DNA of 32,320 bases, from contig JAAOMT010000379.1 in NCBI GenBank assembly GCA_016748015.1, positions 30,194 to 62,513 on the forward strand. The letters are read 5' to 3'. This stretch comes from Geosiphon pyriformis uo1 (Eukaryota; Fungi; Glomeromycota). Position numbers and translations under genes: made by a program. This document shows positions 11,170-22,869 of this stretch, piece after piece. Numbering within the stretch: the first letter of the stretch is position 1; every line of letters begins with the position of its first letter. A model generated the notes under the pieces. That model saw nothing but the letters and a program-made list of their open reading frames with translations. It was not told where the DNA came from and searched no databases.

Positions 11170-12090
11170 TTTTGTTGAACTTCTGTTTATTCATACTTTA
11201 TATTCTTAGTTTGTAGCTGATAAAGTGGCTGAGCCAGTTTGAAAAAGTTCTTGATAAAGTGGCAATAGTAGTCTGCAAATCCCAAAAATGCTCTTAGTTC
11301 TGTTAAGTTAGTTGGTACTGAAAAGTTCTTAACTACTTCAATCTTGTCTGGATCTGTTTCGATACCATTTTTGCTTACATGTTTTAAAAACTTGAGTTTT
11401 GTTTTTCCAAAGAAACATTTGTTGGCATTTAGTTTCAATTCTGCTTGTCTGAGTCTTTCAAATACTTGTTGGAGATAATGCAGATGATTATTAAATGTTT
11501 TTAAAAACACATTGGTATTATCCAAGTATATGACTACTGATTTTTATAACAGTCTAATATAGACAATTTTTATAAGCCATTGAAACATGGCTGGAGTGTT
11601 CATTAATCCGAATGGCATGACTTCAAACTCAAAATTTTTCTCTCTTGTGGTAAATGCTGTTTTCTCTTTGTTAGCTGAATTCATGACTACTTGCCAGTAA
11701 TTATTGTCTAAGTCTAATGTCAAGAACTATTTCTTTTCACCAAAAGCATCAAAAAGTTCTTGAATCTTTGGAGTTGGGTAGCTATCTCTTTTGGTTACTC
11801 TATTCAGTTTACAGTAATTCACACAAAAGCAAATTTTTCTATTCTTCTTATGGACCAATACTATTGGTAATAACCATAGACTTATTGATGGCTGAATTAG
11901 CCTATTGTTTAACATCAGATTGATTTCTTAATGAATGATTTCATGGCTGATTGGTGGTACTCTATATGCTCTTTGTTTAATTGGCATTGTATTTCCAGTC
12001 TTGATCTGATGTTGGATGATATCAGTTCTGCCAAATTTGTTTTCACTAGCAAAGATGTCATTGAAATTGTTGAGCAACATTTTGAGCTAC
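11170..12090 (-). pseudogene. E2 reverse transcriptase
   Basis: ICFCVNYCKLN, MPFGLMNTPAMFQ, IYLDNTN (decayed YLDD), LRAFLGFADYY. Confidence 0.95.
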
Positions 12091-12554
12091 ATACGTTGTA
12101 GTGGGTCTAAGTTTCTTATGTTTATTTGTTTCAATTGTTCTGGTTGGAGCAGATAACATTTATTTTGTCCATAAATGATTTGTGATGTGATATTCACATA
12201 TCTGCAAAGCTGTAGAAAATCTGAAATGTAGTTTGGTGGTTGATCTTCAACTTCAATGGTTAGATATCCAATAATAATTTTTTTTGGTATCTCAATAACA
12301 TTTCCAGTGTTGTTGTAAATGGGGATTTTGATGTGGCTGTGGTTTTTTGCTAGTATGTGTAGATTGACTAATCCAATTTTTTCTGATTTACAAAGTGTTG
12401 CTTCTGCCTCGAAAATTTGAACCTGATTCCTTACTTTTCTCTCTATAGTTACCATATACTGGTCATATGATAGAATATAAATTAATTAATGGATGGAGAT
12501 AATTTTTCCTTTGTTAACAATTTTTTCTTCTGCTATATTAACTGGTATATCTAT

Positions 12555-12955
12555 TCTACCTGTTGATCCAAATCTTTGTATTCCTCTAGCTGTAATTTTT
12601 AACTTTTCCCTGTTTCCCACTGATACTAATTGAGCTATTTTCATTAGAGGTAGGAATATTGCTTGTGCTATCTTTTTATTTGGATCTATAGTATATGTCT
12701 TTTCCAAGTCATTTTGTAGCATAGCAATGATATTTCCTATGTATCCTGCATCAATTATTTTTCTTCTGATGTTAATTCCCTTTTTGGCTAAACTACTCCT
12801 AGATGCTAACTGTATTATTGTTATTTCTAGAATTTCCAGTGCTATTTTCAGATCAATGCAGGTGTGCAAATGTGGTTTCAATTTGATGGCATCTTTTTTT
12901 GAATATCTTAGATTAAATTTGGCATCAGTATTGTGTGCACATTCTGGCATAATAC
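12555..12955 (-). pseudogene. dut: E2 trimeric-type dUTPase domain in pol, between PR and RT
   Basis: All five motifs recognisable: DAKFNL (from DAGFDL), SRSSLA, IIDAGYIGNI, KIAQAI, RGIQRFGSTG. Confidence 0.93.
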
Positions 12956-13214
12956 TTTCATTGTTATCACTGAACCATTTCAGTTTCTGCTTCTTGGTGA
13001 GGTCAGGAAGCACGATATATTGTTCAGGATTTAAATTGGAGTTTGAATCATTGTAATTTTTATTGCCATTTTGAACAGAGCTGGAACTGTTATTTTTATC
13101 ATTATTGTTGTTGGAATTTGAATTGAGATTAAACAATAATTCCAATTCTGATTTGCAGCTGCTAATTGGTTCTTCTTCCTCTGGAATTGTGTAGATTATG
13201 TGTGATGGTAAATT

Positions 13215-13850
13215 GTAAATGAGATCACACTCATTACAATATTGAAAGTCATATAGAATCAAACAGTGGTCACATAGTCAGGTGTTGATTTCTTCTAAGC
13301 ATTGCTCCTGTTCTTTTTTTGTAGGTGTTAGCTCTTGGTAGTGTTTGTGAAATTGTTCTGGATCCAAGAGATTTATGACTGGTTCTGGGTCTTAGTTAAG
13401 TTTTATAGGTTTAGGTGGATTGTTTTTTATTATTTTTATTTCTTCTGATGACACTTTTTCGATTTTGGCAAGAGCCATTTGCCAAATTTTGTCATTATCA
13501 TGTGGACATCTGTCTAAACATTTGACTGCTCATTTCCAAGCAACATTTATGGGTGTTCTTTTTCTTACTCAGTCACTTATGAGAATTGTGTATTGACATG
13601 ATTCTTTGCATGTTTTTTCTCTCTTAGGAATGTCATTCCACATCCCTTTGTCAAGAAGAGTTTTTCCACAAGTAAGACAAAACTTATTATCCTATTTTTC
13701 AACTTGTTTTGGTCTTCCAAAGCATTTAATAAGGCATGAGTGGCAATAGAACTTAGTTGCTGTCTGGTATTCCTTGTTATCATCTAGCATGTGCTCATTG
13801 ATGACAATTTCTTGCTGCAATCGACACATACCAGTTTTGGGTGACAATAG
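13215..13850 (-). other. E2 Cys-rich putative multi-zinc-binding region
   Basis: CVDC-x7-C, CHSC, CLTC, CKESC, CPHD, and LCDHC...YCNEC. Confidence 0.7.
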
Positions 13851-14239
13851 TTAGATGGTTGTGGTAGAGTATATGTGTATGGAGTATAAGTAGTAGTGGT
13901 AGTTAATATTAGTTCTTCTTTTTTCCCCTTTCCTTTTACTTTTGTATTTTTTTCTCACTTCCAATTTATTAATTCTTTTTGGTTGTTGTTGGTTTCTCAG
14001 ACTTGGTCAAAATTTCAGATAAGTTCTTCTTTTTGTTTCCCTTTTCTATTGTCATTCTAGAAGGATATTGGCAGTAACTTGTTGTGATCACTTTCAGTCC
14101 ATAATACTTGATAGGCTTTTCAGATAAGTTTCTTTTTTTCTTCCTTGAACTCAATAAGTAGGGCTAACATGTTAGTGGTCTTGAAATAGCTACACATAGT
14201 TGGTACACATGTGTGTTAACTGTTTAGGCTTAATTGAAG

Positions 14240-14600
14240 CTTCTGCATGTTTCAGTCAAGCATAGCATTTGTTTTGACTAGCCAGTCATTACCAACTAAA
14301 GCTTGGTATTGGGTGGCTTCTATCACCAAAACTTTAATGGGTGTAATGAGACCATTAATTTCAAATAGAAACTTGTCAATCTCTCCAATAGGCATTTTTG
14401 TGGCTCTATTGGCAGTGATAATTCTTGCATTGGCAGCATAGTCAACTCGGTGACCTAATTGATCCATAAGTTGCTTAGTAATGATGCTGTCAACTGATTT
14501 ACAGTCTAGAATCAGTTTAATGAACTGTTTATTAACTTTAGTATCTATATACATTACAGTGATAAGTTTTGATTCTAGGGTGGCTCTACTGAATAGTAGC
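14240..14600 (-). pseudogene. E2 aspartic protease
   Basis: IKLILDCKSVDSII (decayed DSGS) and ALVGNDWL. Confidence 0.92.
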
Positions 14601-14619
14601 ATTTAACTTGTTCTTTGAG

Positions 14620-16880
14620 TTCAAAAGGGAAGATAGCAGTGAGTAATTTATCTTCAGTAATAGTTGCTGGTAAAATATTGCTGGTAAGTGGCTGCTTTTG
14701 TTTGGTTTTCAAGTTGTGAAATGTGGCATCTTCTGGGGTTATCAGGAGACTTAAATAGTTCTAAGAACTTGGGTTTTGAGTATATCTGGTTCCTGAACTC
14801 TATTGTTAAGATCCTGATAGTTGCATAGAAAAACTGAGGATTGGTTGGTGAATCACCATCAACAATCTCCAGCTTTGTTGTATCTGTCTTGGCCTTTGGG
14901 TTCCAGTTTGAGGTAAGTTTTGTGGCAGTATTAGAATTTGTTGTGATTAATAAATTACTTGAGACTGCAGCTATTAGATAGGTTAGAACTGCAGTTGATA
15001 AACAACAGATACTAAGGACTGATAAATTGGTGGTTGATAGATTGGCTGTTGCATCATAAGTAGGTAATTTGGTTGATATGATGCTAGGTTGGATTGATAA
15101 TTTGGGGCTTGAAACTAGTAATCAGAGTTTCAATATTGATTTCCTGATTGTGAGTTATTATTATAAGCATGGCAGTCAATTTTCAAATAATCTTGTTTAC
15201 CATAATTGTGGCAAATATGTATTTTTTGTTGCCACTGCTAATTGGATAATGATGATAGATATGACTGATTTTGAGAGCAATTTATGCTTCTAGAATTATT
15301 ATGTCGTTGAGATGGCTAATAAATTGCATGATTGTCAGCTAAGTATCCTTCTAATTTCTAATTAATTGAATCACTGAATTGTTTCAATTTGGAATCCAAG
15401 TCAGATGATCTATTCATAACTAGGTTAATGGCTTGGACATGATTTGCTTCAAGTTCTGCTGATTTAAAATCTCTTGTATTGGTAACTGCATCCTGGAGAG
15501 TTTGTGGATGCATTGGATGTATGTATTGGAAAAGACTACTGTGTAGTTCACAGATGAACTGGTTAGGATCTGTGGTGCTGTAAAATAGTCAGCTTAAATT
15601 GCTTGAATTTGGTGCAAGTTCTTGTGGAAGTGTTCCAAGTAAGTGGTAACTGCTTCAGTTTCTTTCTGTTTGATTATAGTAAAGGTGTTGGCTAAACAAT
15701 AATACTGTTATTATTACTGAAATATCTCAAGAATGCAATTTTAAATTCCTGGAACGTTTGAAGTTTAGTGGTTAAACTCTGATATTACGAATTAGCAGTA
15801 TTCTGTAAAAAATAGAAAATTGCTTGAAAAGATCTGTCATCATTCTATCTATTTGTTGCAATGGCTTTTTTCACATTGTTGAGCCATACTTGGGTGATGT
15901 TCTCTTCACCAGTAAATTTTTCTATTTTGGCAATTGGAGTGTAAGCCATTGGTTATTGTTGTGGTTGCTGTTGGATTTGTTGTTGGGATAGTAATTGTGA
16001 CTGTTGTTGCTATTCAGTAATTGGTAAAATAGGTGGTAGATTGATCTCGATTATTGGAGGTAAGTTTTGTTGATTAATTATGTTAGGGTTTTGATTGTTC
16101 TGATTTTCTGGAGTTTGATTAACTGGAGTTTTAATTTCTGAATTTTTTAGAATTGGGTTTTGTTTGCTAATTTTCTAATTACTGCTTTTTTTTTCTTTGG
16201 AGTTGGTTATTTTCCAAGAACTAACAGCTCCAAAATCTGGTTGTGGTAGTGGTGATCAAATTCCTAATGGCATTGGGAATTGTGATTTAAATCTCTCAAA
16301 ATAATCACTGTATGTTCTTAATAGCTCTGCTTTCTTTTGTTTACTTTGGAATGGGATTCTGTTTAGTGGTGTTGTCATGCTTGTTATAGCTGTGCTTATT
16401 ATATTGATAGTGCTTCCAGGTGTGTAGTGATATGATGGATTAGCAGATGAATCAAATCTTTGTTTCTTCCAAGTGGGTAGTTGGATTTGCTTTAGTGTTT
16501 CTGCTGGTGTTTGTAATCTTTCTTTTTCTTTGTTGGCAAAAGTAATAAGAAATCTATGTTTAGTATATTTTTCAATTTTCCTGTTTATTTTTGTAATTAG
16601 GAGTGCAAATAGGTAGTTTTGTAGAAGGGTGGTGCTTTGGAGCAATTCACTAAAGAAGTTGTTGAAGGTAAATTCTGAATTTTCTTGGCCTCTCAAGTGA
16701 TATACTATTCTTTCATTGACATAGCAATTGAAAGCTGATTCTGTTGGCCAACTATTATTTGTTAATCCAAGGTGGGTGTAATAGTGTTGGAATAAGGATT
16801 TTGCAAATCCCAGATGGTTGTCACTGTTTCTTTGGATTCTGCCACTGTTTTGGATAAGTGTTGTGATGTTGGTTTCTTTG
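14620..16880 (-). pseudogene. E2 gag with long N-terminal extension, Q/P-rich linker, capsid and CCHC knuckle
   Basis: MAYTPIAKIEKFTGEE capsid start at ~15948; CHNCGKQDYLKIDC at ~15170-15213; ORF 16256-16696 upstream. Confidence 0.85.
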
Positions 16881-16890
16881 TTAGATTATA

Positions 16891-16907
16891 CCTCACAGGG
16901 AGCACCA
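16891..16907 (-). other. E2 primer binding site TGGTGCTCCCTGTGAGG
   Basis: 2 nt from the LTR end; complementary to a tRNA 3' end ...CCUCACAGGGAGCACCA. Confidence 0.92.
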
Positions 16908-16909
16908 AA

Positions 16910-17736
16910 TGTTACAGATAATTATTTGGGGTCTCTAATCAAATAACAAACCTGTAACTTAGTGCTCAAAAGCTGATTTGAGTGGTAATATTTGAAGACT
17001 GTTTGTATCTGAAGGTTTTGTTTGTTGAGTCCTTTGTATAATGAACAGAGATTTAATTGATTGTTTTATCTATAGCTTTCTGAAACCACAGTTTTGTCAA
17101 TTTTTTTTTCAGCGTGATGGCTGGTAATCTTTTTGGTAAAATATTCTTAATTCTGAGTGTCTACTTTTATTCCTGGGTTTTTTACCAGTACTATATCCTG
17201 ACATCAGTATCTTTGTGCATAAATCTTTTTAATCAAGTTAATAAACAAAAGAAATAACAAAAAAAAATAAAAGAAAAGAAAAGAAAAAATAAGCCAAGGC
17301 AATAATAGTTAGTATCTTGTCAATGGCTGTAATCAAGAGCTATTGTTTCAGTATGATTAAGTATTAATTACTAACAATATAAAATGTTAATAGTAAAGAG
17401 TAGATTTGAGATATAGAATAATTATTTAGTGATATTTGTGATGTGAAAGATTGCTTAGATTAAATCTAAACTGGGAGGTCTGTCTTTTTTACTTCTAATG
17501 CTACTGCTATATATACATAATTAAAATTCCTTAATTCCTCAATTTTTCACACCAGAAATTTTGGAATTCCTGGAATTCTGCAATTTTTTTTGAGAAGAAT
17601 TCTGGAATTCTGGAATCCTGTAATTTTTTGTATGAGAATCCTAAAATTCCTGAAATTCTGCAATTTTTCTTGAGAGAAATCTTGGAATTCCAAATTTACT
17701 ACAGCTACTTCTGATTGGCTAATTTATATACTAATA
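16910..17736 (-). repeat. E2 5' LTR
   Basis: Colinear with 7832-8607, with extra GGAATTC-rich units. Confidence 0.92.
17507..17718 (-). promoter_or_regulatory. E2 U3 promoter: CCAAT box, GGAATTC(C/T) repeat array, TATA box
   Basis: Minus-strand AGCCAATCAG (~17711-17720), repeats at 17520-17695, then TATATATAG (17507-17515). Confidence 0.6.
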
Positions 17737-19055
17737 TACTTTCTATATTCTATAAATAATAATATATAGTATAGAATTTGTTTTTTTTTAATAAAGTTTT
17801 TAATTTGTTGTACTATTTCTTGATTGAACATTTTTTTAGATTTGTTAATATATAATTTCTAAATATTCAGCTTTTGTTTTAATTGATAGTAGCAATATAC
17901 TATTAAAAGTTGTTTTATCTATAATTTTCAATTTTTCTTAATTAATTTTTCAATTGGAATAGTAATTAGTATTTTTCTAAAAGTGGTTTTTACTTTTTCT
18001 ATAATTTTATTTGATTAGTGTTTTGTTTAGTTTTGTGGTTGCTAATATAAAATAATCTTTGCTTTTTCTTTTTTTTTTTGTGTTTTATAACAAATTATTT
18101 GAAATTAATAATTATTTCTATGTCTAATTATTGTTAATTTATAACTTAAAATAATTGTTGTGTTATTGTGTAGATATGATTTGAGATTTTTATTTTTTAT
18201 TGTTGCTTTTATTATATATACTGTGTTTTTATATACTATTAACTTGATTTACTTTTCTGTATTTTTTTTAATAATTATAATTAATTCTAAATCTTGTAAA
18301 ATTTTATCTGCTTTGACTAGTATTTTTTGTACTCTCAGTTGTAGAATATTATTGATAGATAATACTACTATATTGTAATATAATTTCAGTCAATTATTAT
18401 GTACTGCTTTGATTAAAATTTTGTATCTTAATTTATAAGTTCCATTTTCTAGAATTTTTTTGATGTAAAATAGATTATTTTATTTGGAGTTAAACTTTTT
18501 ATTCTATTGTTTTTTTGTTTTGGTATAATGTAAAAATACTTTGTTTTCAATTCTAAATTTGATCAGTTTATTTGGTAATTGGTTGTTATGTCATTTTTTT
18601 TGTTTTTATGATTTTTGTATATTATTAACTGTTTTTCATTTTTTGTTTTCTAGAGTTTCATTAAGTTATATGGTTTTTTTAGCAATGTTTCTTAAATATT
18701 GGCTTCTGTTATTGGTTTTATTAAATATGTATTAATATCTATCTCAACTGATAATATTGCTGTTCTTTTATATGCTAGTTTAAATAATATTATTTATATA
18801 ATATTTTATTTTATTATTCAATAAGCAAATAATACTGATAATATAAACAAAATTATATTTATTTTGGTTTTTTTGGCTGATTTTAGCTATTGTTTTGTAT
18901 AATGTTTTGTTAAATCTTTTAACTAAGTTATTTGTTTGTAAATAATATAAAAATAATAGCAGTTTTTTAATTCCAAATCTTTGACTTAATTTTGTTAATG
19001 TTTTGTTTACAAAATAAGTTTCTTAATCTGATAACAATTTTTTTAAACATTTATG
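17737..19055 (-). mobile_element. E3 host fragment: integrase core/C-terminus and N-terminal part of ORF3 (family B-like, heavily decayed)
   Basis: Colinear with E2 ~8870-10130; IYTITQQLF and LNI*KLYINK match E2 ORF3. Confidence 0.88.
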
Positions 19056-19442
19056 NNNNNNNNNNNNNNNNNNNNNNNNNNNNNNNNNNNNNNNNNNNNN
19101 NNNNNNNNNNNNNNNNNNNNNNNNNNNNNNNNNNNNNNNNNNNNNNNNNNNNNNNNNNNNNNNNNNNNNNNNNNNNNNNNNNNNNNNNNNNNNNNNNNNN
19201 NNNNNNNNNNNNNNNNNNNNNNNNNNNNNNNNNNNNNNNNNNNNNNNNNNNNNNNNNNNNNNNNNNNNNNNNNNNNNNNNNNNNNNNNNNNNNNNNNNNN
19301 NNNNNNNNNNNNNNNNNNNNNNNNNNNNNNNNNNNNNNNNNNNNNNNNNNNNNNNNNNNNNNNNNNNNNNNNNNNNNNNNNNNNNNNNNNNNNNNNNNNN
19401 NNNNNNNNNNNNNNNNNNNNNNNNNNNNNNNNNNNNNNNNNN

Positions 19443-19502
19443 TATAGTATACTGTATAATTGAATAATAATAATTTTATTTTCTATTTTGCATGACAATT
19501 AT
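19443..19502 (-). pseudogene. E3 host fragment: end of RNase H
   Basis: Matches E2 ~10784-10843. Confidence 0.75.
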
Positions 19503-20287
19503 TGTAAAAAAAAAATACAAGAAAAGATAGAAAAAACAGATCATAAAAAAATAAACCAATAAAAGAATTGTAATTAATAAATAAGCACATTTTTAAGAAT
19601 GAACATATTTCTAAAAAATAGTATAAAAAAAATAAAAATGTGTAAAATCTTATATAATATGAATTATGTATATATAGCAAAAGTATTAGAAGCAAAAAAA
19701 ACAGAACAGTAATAACTAATTAATAGTTAATAAATATTTTTCTTTTTAAAAAATAGTTTTCTATAATTTATAGTAGAATTATATTTATATCAATAAAACT
19801 ATCTATTATTATTCAATTTATATTATCATTGCTTAATTAAAAAATATTAATTACTTTCATATTATCAACAACTTATGTTAATAAAATTTAATACTTAACT
19901 ATACTAAACCAATAACTTTTGATTATGGCTATTAACAAGATACTAATTTTTTATTTTTTTTATTTGGTTTTGTTATTTACTAATTGATTAAAAAATTAAG
20001 CATTGAGTAATTAATATCAAAAATAGTCTGGTAAAAAACTCATAAAACAAAATAAAAAACTTAAGAATAGCTTATTAAAAAAACATAACTGTTAGATTAA
20101 ACAAGTTATTATGTTAAAAACAGAAATTAAGAAAAAACTATTACTTAAATTTTTGTTTATTATACAAAAGACTTAACCAAAACCTTTAGATACCAAAACT
20201 TTTAAAAATTATCATTAAAAATAGCTATTAAGCATTAAGTTACAGATTTGTTATTTGTTTTAACACTCCAAATAATTATTTGTAATA
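19503..20287 (+). repeat. E4 5' LTR
   Basis: TGT...TGTAATA; 19660-20287 is homologous to the reverse complement of the E2 LTR; length (785 bp) similar to the E2 LTRs. Confidence 0.8.
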
Positions 20288-20289
20288 TT

Positions 20290-20306
20290 TGGTGCTTTTT
20301 ATAAAG
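20290..20306 (+). other. E4 primer binding site
   Basis: TGGTGCTTTTTATAAAG, a transition-only variant of the E2 PBS. Confidence 0.85.
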
Positions 20307-20309
20307 TAT

Positions 20310-21980
20310 AATCTAACAAAAAACCAGTATTAACATTTACTATTCAGAATAGTGACAAAATTAGAAATAATAAAGACAAATCACTTAAGATTTACAAAGA
20401 TTTTATTTCAATATTATCAAACTCATCTTAAACTGACAAGTAATTATTGGCCAGCAGAATTAGTTTTCAACTTTTATATTAATAAAAAAATTATATTTTA
20501 CTTAAAAGACCAAAAAAATTCAAAAACTACTTTCAAAAATTTCTATAATAAATTACTTCAAAACACTATACTTCTATAAAATTATTTGTTTATTACACTA
20601 ATTATAGAAATAAATCAAGAAATTGAGAACACACTTAACTGAATTTCTTATTATTTTTGCAAACAAAAAAAAAGAAAAGTTATAAATCTTAGCAGAAATA
20701 CCAAAAAAAATACAACTGCTTACCTAAAAGAAACCAAGAGTTATTTTACTTATCTATATATTATTATAGGCCCAAAAGCACTATTCAGATAATATTAACA
20801 ATTATATCTACATCAAAAATATCATTAGCATAAATATTATTTTAAAGTAATTAAAAAAAAACTAAACTATTAAAAACCTATAACAATTTTTTCAAAAAAT
20901 TTAAATTACAACTAACAACTTTATTAGAACTCTAAACATTGTCACTTTAATCAAATTTCGAATTTATTAGTAATTGGACAAAAACTGAATCAAAAGAAAA
21001 AGAAAACAACAATCAAGAAAACAATAATTAAAACCCAATTTCAAATAATCTAGAAGTTCAAACTCAGCAAAACCCAAAAAATTTAAACTCTACTTCTATT
21101 GTCAACAACAATTTACTTTCAGTTATCCAAATTAATTCTTTTATTGTATTAATAGGCATTCTTATCAACCACTAATCAACTTATCTTTAAAACAAATAGC
21201 ATATACACTAAATTGTTAAACTTAAAAAATTTACCAATAAAAAAAATAACACCTAAACATAATTAAATAATATGGTAAAAGCTATTTCAGTCAATAAATG
21301 AGATAACACTAAAGCTATTCAAATAATTTTCTACTTTTTACAAGATATTACTAACTTGTGGTATTAGAGTCTAATCAACAAATCATAAACTTTTAACACA
21401 TTCCAAGTTGTGTTTCTACAATATTTTAGTAATTACAACAGTATTAATTGGTTATTAACTGGTTTTACTACAATTAAGCAAAATAATAACAAAGTAATTA
21501 TTACTTATTTAAGACACTTTTACAAAAATTTATGCCAAATTCAAGCAGTTAATGCTAACTATTTTACAATATTACAGATTTTGAATCAATTTATTTATAG
21601 ATTATATAGTAATTTGTTATAACAAATATGTTTATTATATTTAAACATACTTTAAGGCACAATTATTTATACCAAAAATTTCAAGTTAGCTAAACTTAAA
21701 GCCAATTACACCCAAACTGTGAATCTAGCAATAAACAAATTATTTGAGTTAGATACCAAATTGAAACAATTTGGAAAAACAATCAACCAGAAAATTAAGG
21801 AATACTTAACTTATAATTAGACAATTTATTAGTTTTTTCAACATCATAATAATCTAGAAAACTATAATTGAAGTTTTAGTTAGTTATATTCATCATTATT
21901 AAATCAATTATGACAACAAAAAACATGTATCTGTTATTACTATAGTAAACAAAAATACTTAAAAATAGATTATAGAACAA
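20310..21980 (+). pseudogene. E4 gag, through the zinc knuckle
   Basis: Colinear with E2 gag; decayed knuckle CYYYSKQKYLKIDY at ~21932-21973. Confidence 0.85.
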
Positions 21981-21981
21981 A

Positions 21982-22840
21982 ATAACCAATTAATTAACAT
22001 GAAATTATTTTTCGAATTCTTAGCATTAATTAAAATATATTATTATTATTTTAATTATCACTTATTAGTTAATTAAATTATCAAATATTATTATTCAATT
22101 AATAATCCGATTTATATCATAGAAATTAAGATGATTAAATTATACAATACCCTGAACCATTTAATATTCAAAAATTCGCCAAAATTAGTAAAAATTGGCT
22201 AAAATAATTAATAGTTTGTAGAAATAATTTATAGTTTGCCAAAATGTATTTTTAGTTTGCCAAAATTATAGCAAAGAGAAAAGTGCAAGTTCAAAAACTA
22301 GTACTATAGCAAGTTGTATAAAAGAAAAGCTTTTTTTTCAAGAAAATATATTTTACTTTAGATATCTTAATTAAAACAAATTATTTTTTATACATCTTTA
22401 TGAAATCAAATAAAAATTAAATANNNNNNNNNNNNNNNNNNNNNNNNNNNNNNNNNNNNNNNNNNNNNNNNNNNNNNNNNNNNNNNNNNNNNNNNNNNNN
22501 NNNNNNNNNNNNNNNNNNNNNNNNNNNNNNNNNNNNNNNNNNNNNNNNNNNNNNNNNNNNNNNNNNNNNNNNNNNNNNNNNNNNNNNNNNNNNNNNNNNN
22601 NNNNNNNNNNNNNNNNNNNNNNNNNNNNNNNNNNNNNNNNNNNNNNNNNNNNNNNNNNNNNNNNNNNNNNNNNNNNNNNNNNNNNNNNNNNNNNNNNNNN
22701 NNNNNNNNNNNNNNNNNNNNNNNNAATAATTTGAAGATAAATTCAGTTATCAAAGGTCCAATTACTTTCAAAAAACGTGAATTCTTAATCAATAGACATT
22801 AACAACATTCAAGAAAAGAGACCAAAAACTTTCAATAATA
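21982..22840 (+). repeat. E5 5' LTR (first ~17 bp missing; contains an N gap)
   Basis: Homologous to 31727-32162 and 31133-31246. Confidence 0.85.
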
Positions 22841-22842
22841 TT

Positions 22843-22860
22843 TGGTGTTTTTCTACAGAA
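22843..22860 (+). other. E5 primer binding site (probably a different tRNA)
   Basis: TGGTGTTTTTCTACAGAA, 2 nt after the LTR. Confidence 0.7.
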
Positions 22861-22869
22861 ATAACACAA

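Larger units (their letters stand above)
7832..17736 (-). mobile_element. E2: full-length Ty3/Gypsy element (family B) with Cys-rich domain, dUTPase and ORF3
   Basis: LTRs at 7832-8607 and 16910-17736, intact PBS, PPT, and all domains in order. No clean TSD. Confidence 0.95.

Noticed and set aside
12486-13262. Host DUT1 gene
   Set aside because: Embedded in pol between LTRs, present at the same position in E5, and motif I is decayed.
17737-17750. E2 5' LTR shared in tandem with E3 (PPT-like TACTTTC)
   Set aside because: E3 ORF3 is cut mid-frame here and continues at 7831, so nesting fits better. The exact E2 right end and TSD remain unclear.
18992-19498. Long ORFs with X runs (also 22406-22792)
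   Set aside because: Artifacts of N gaps.
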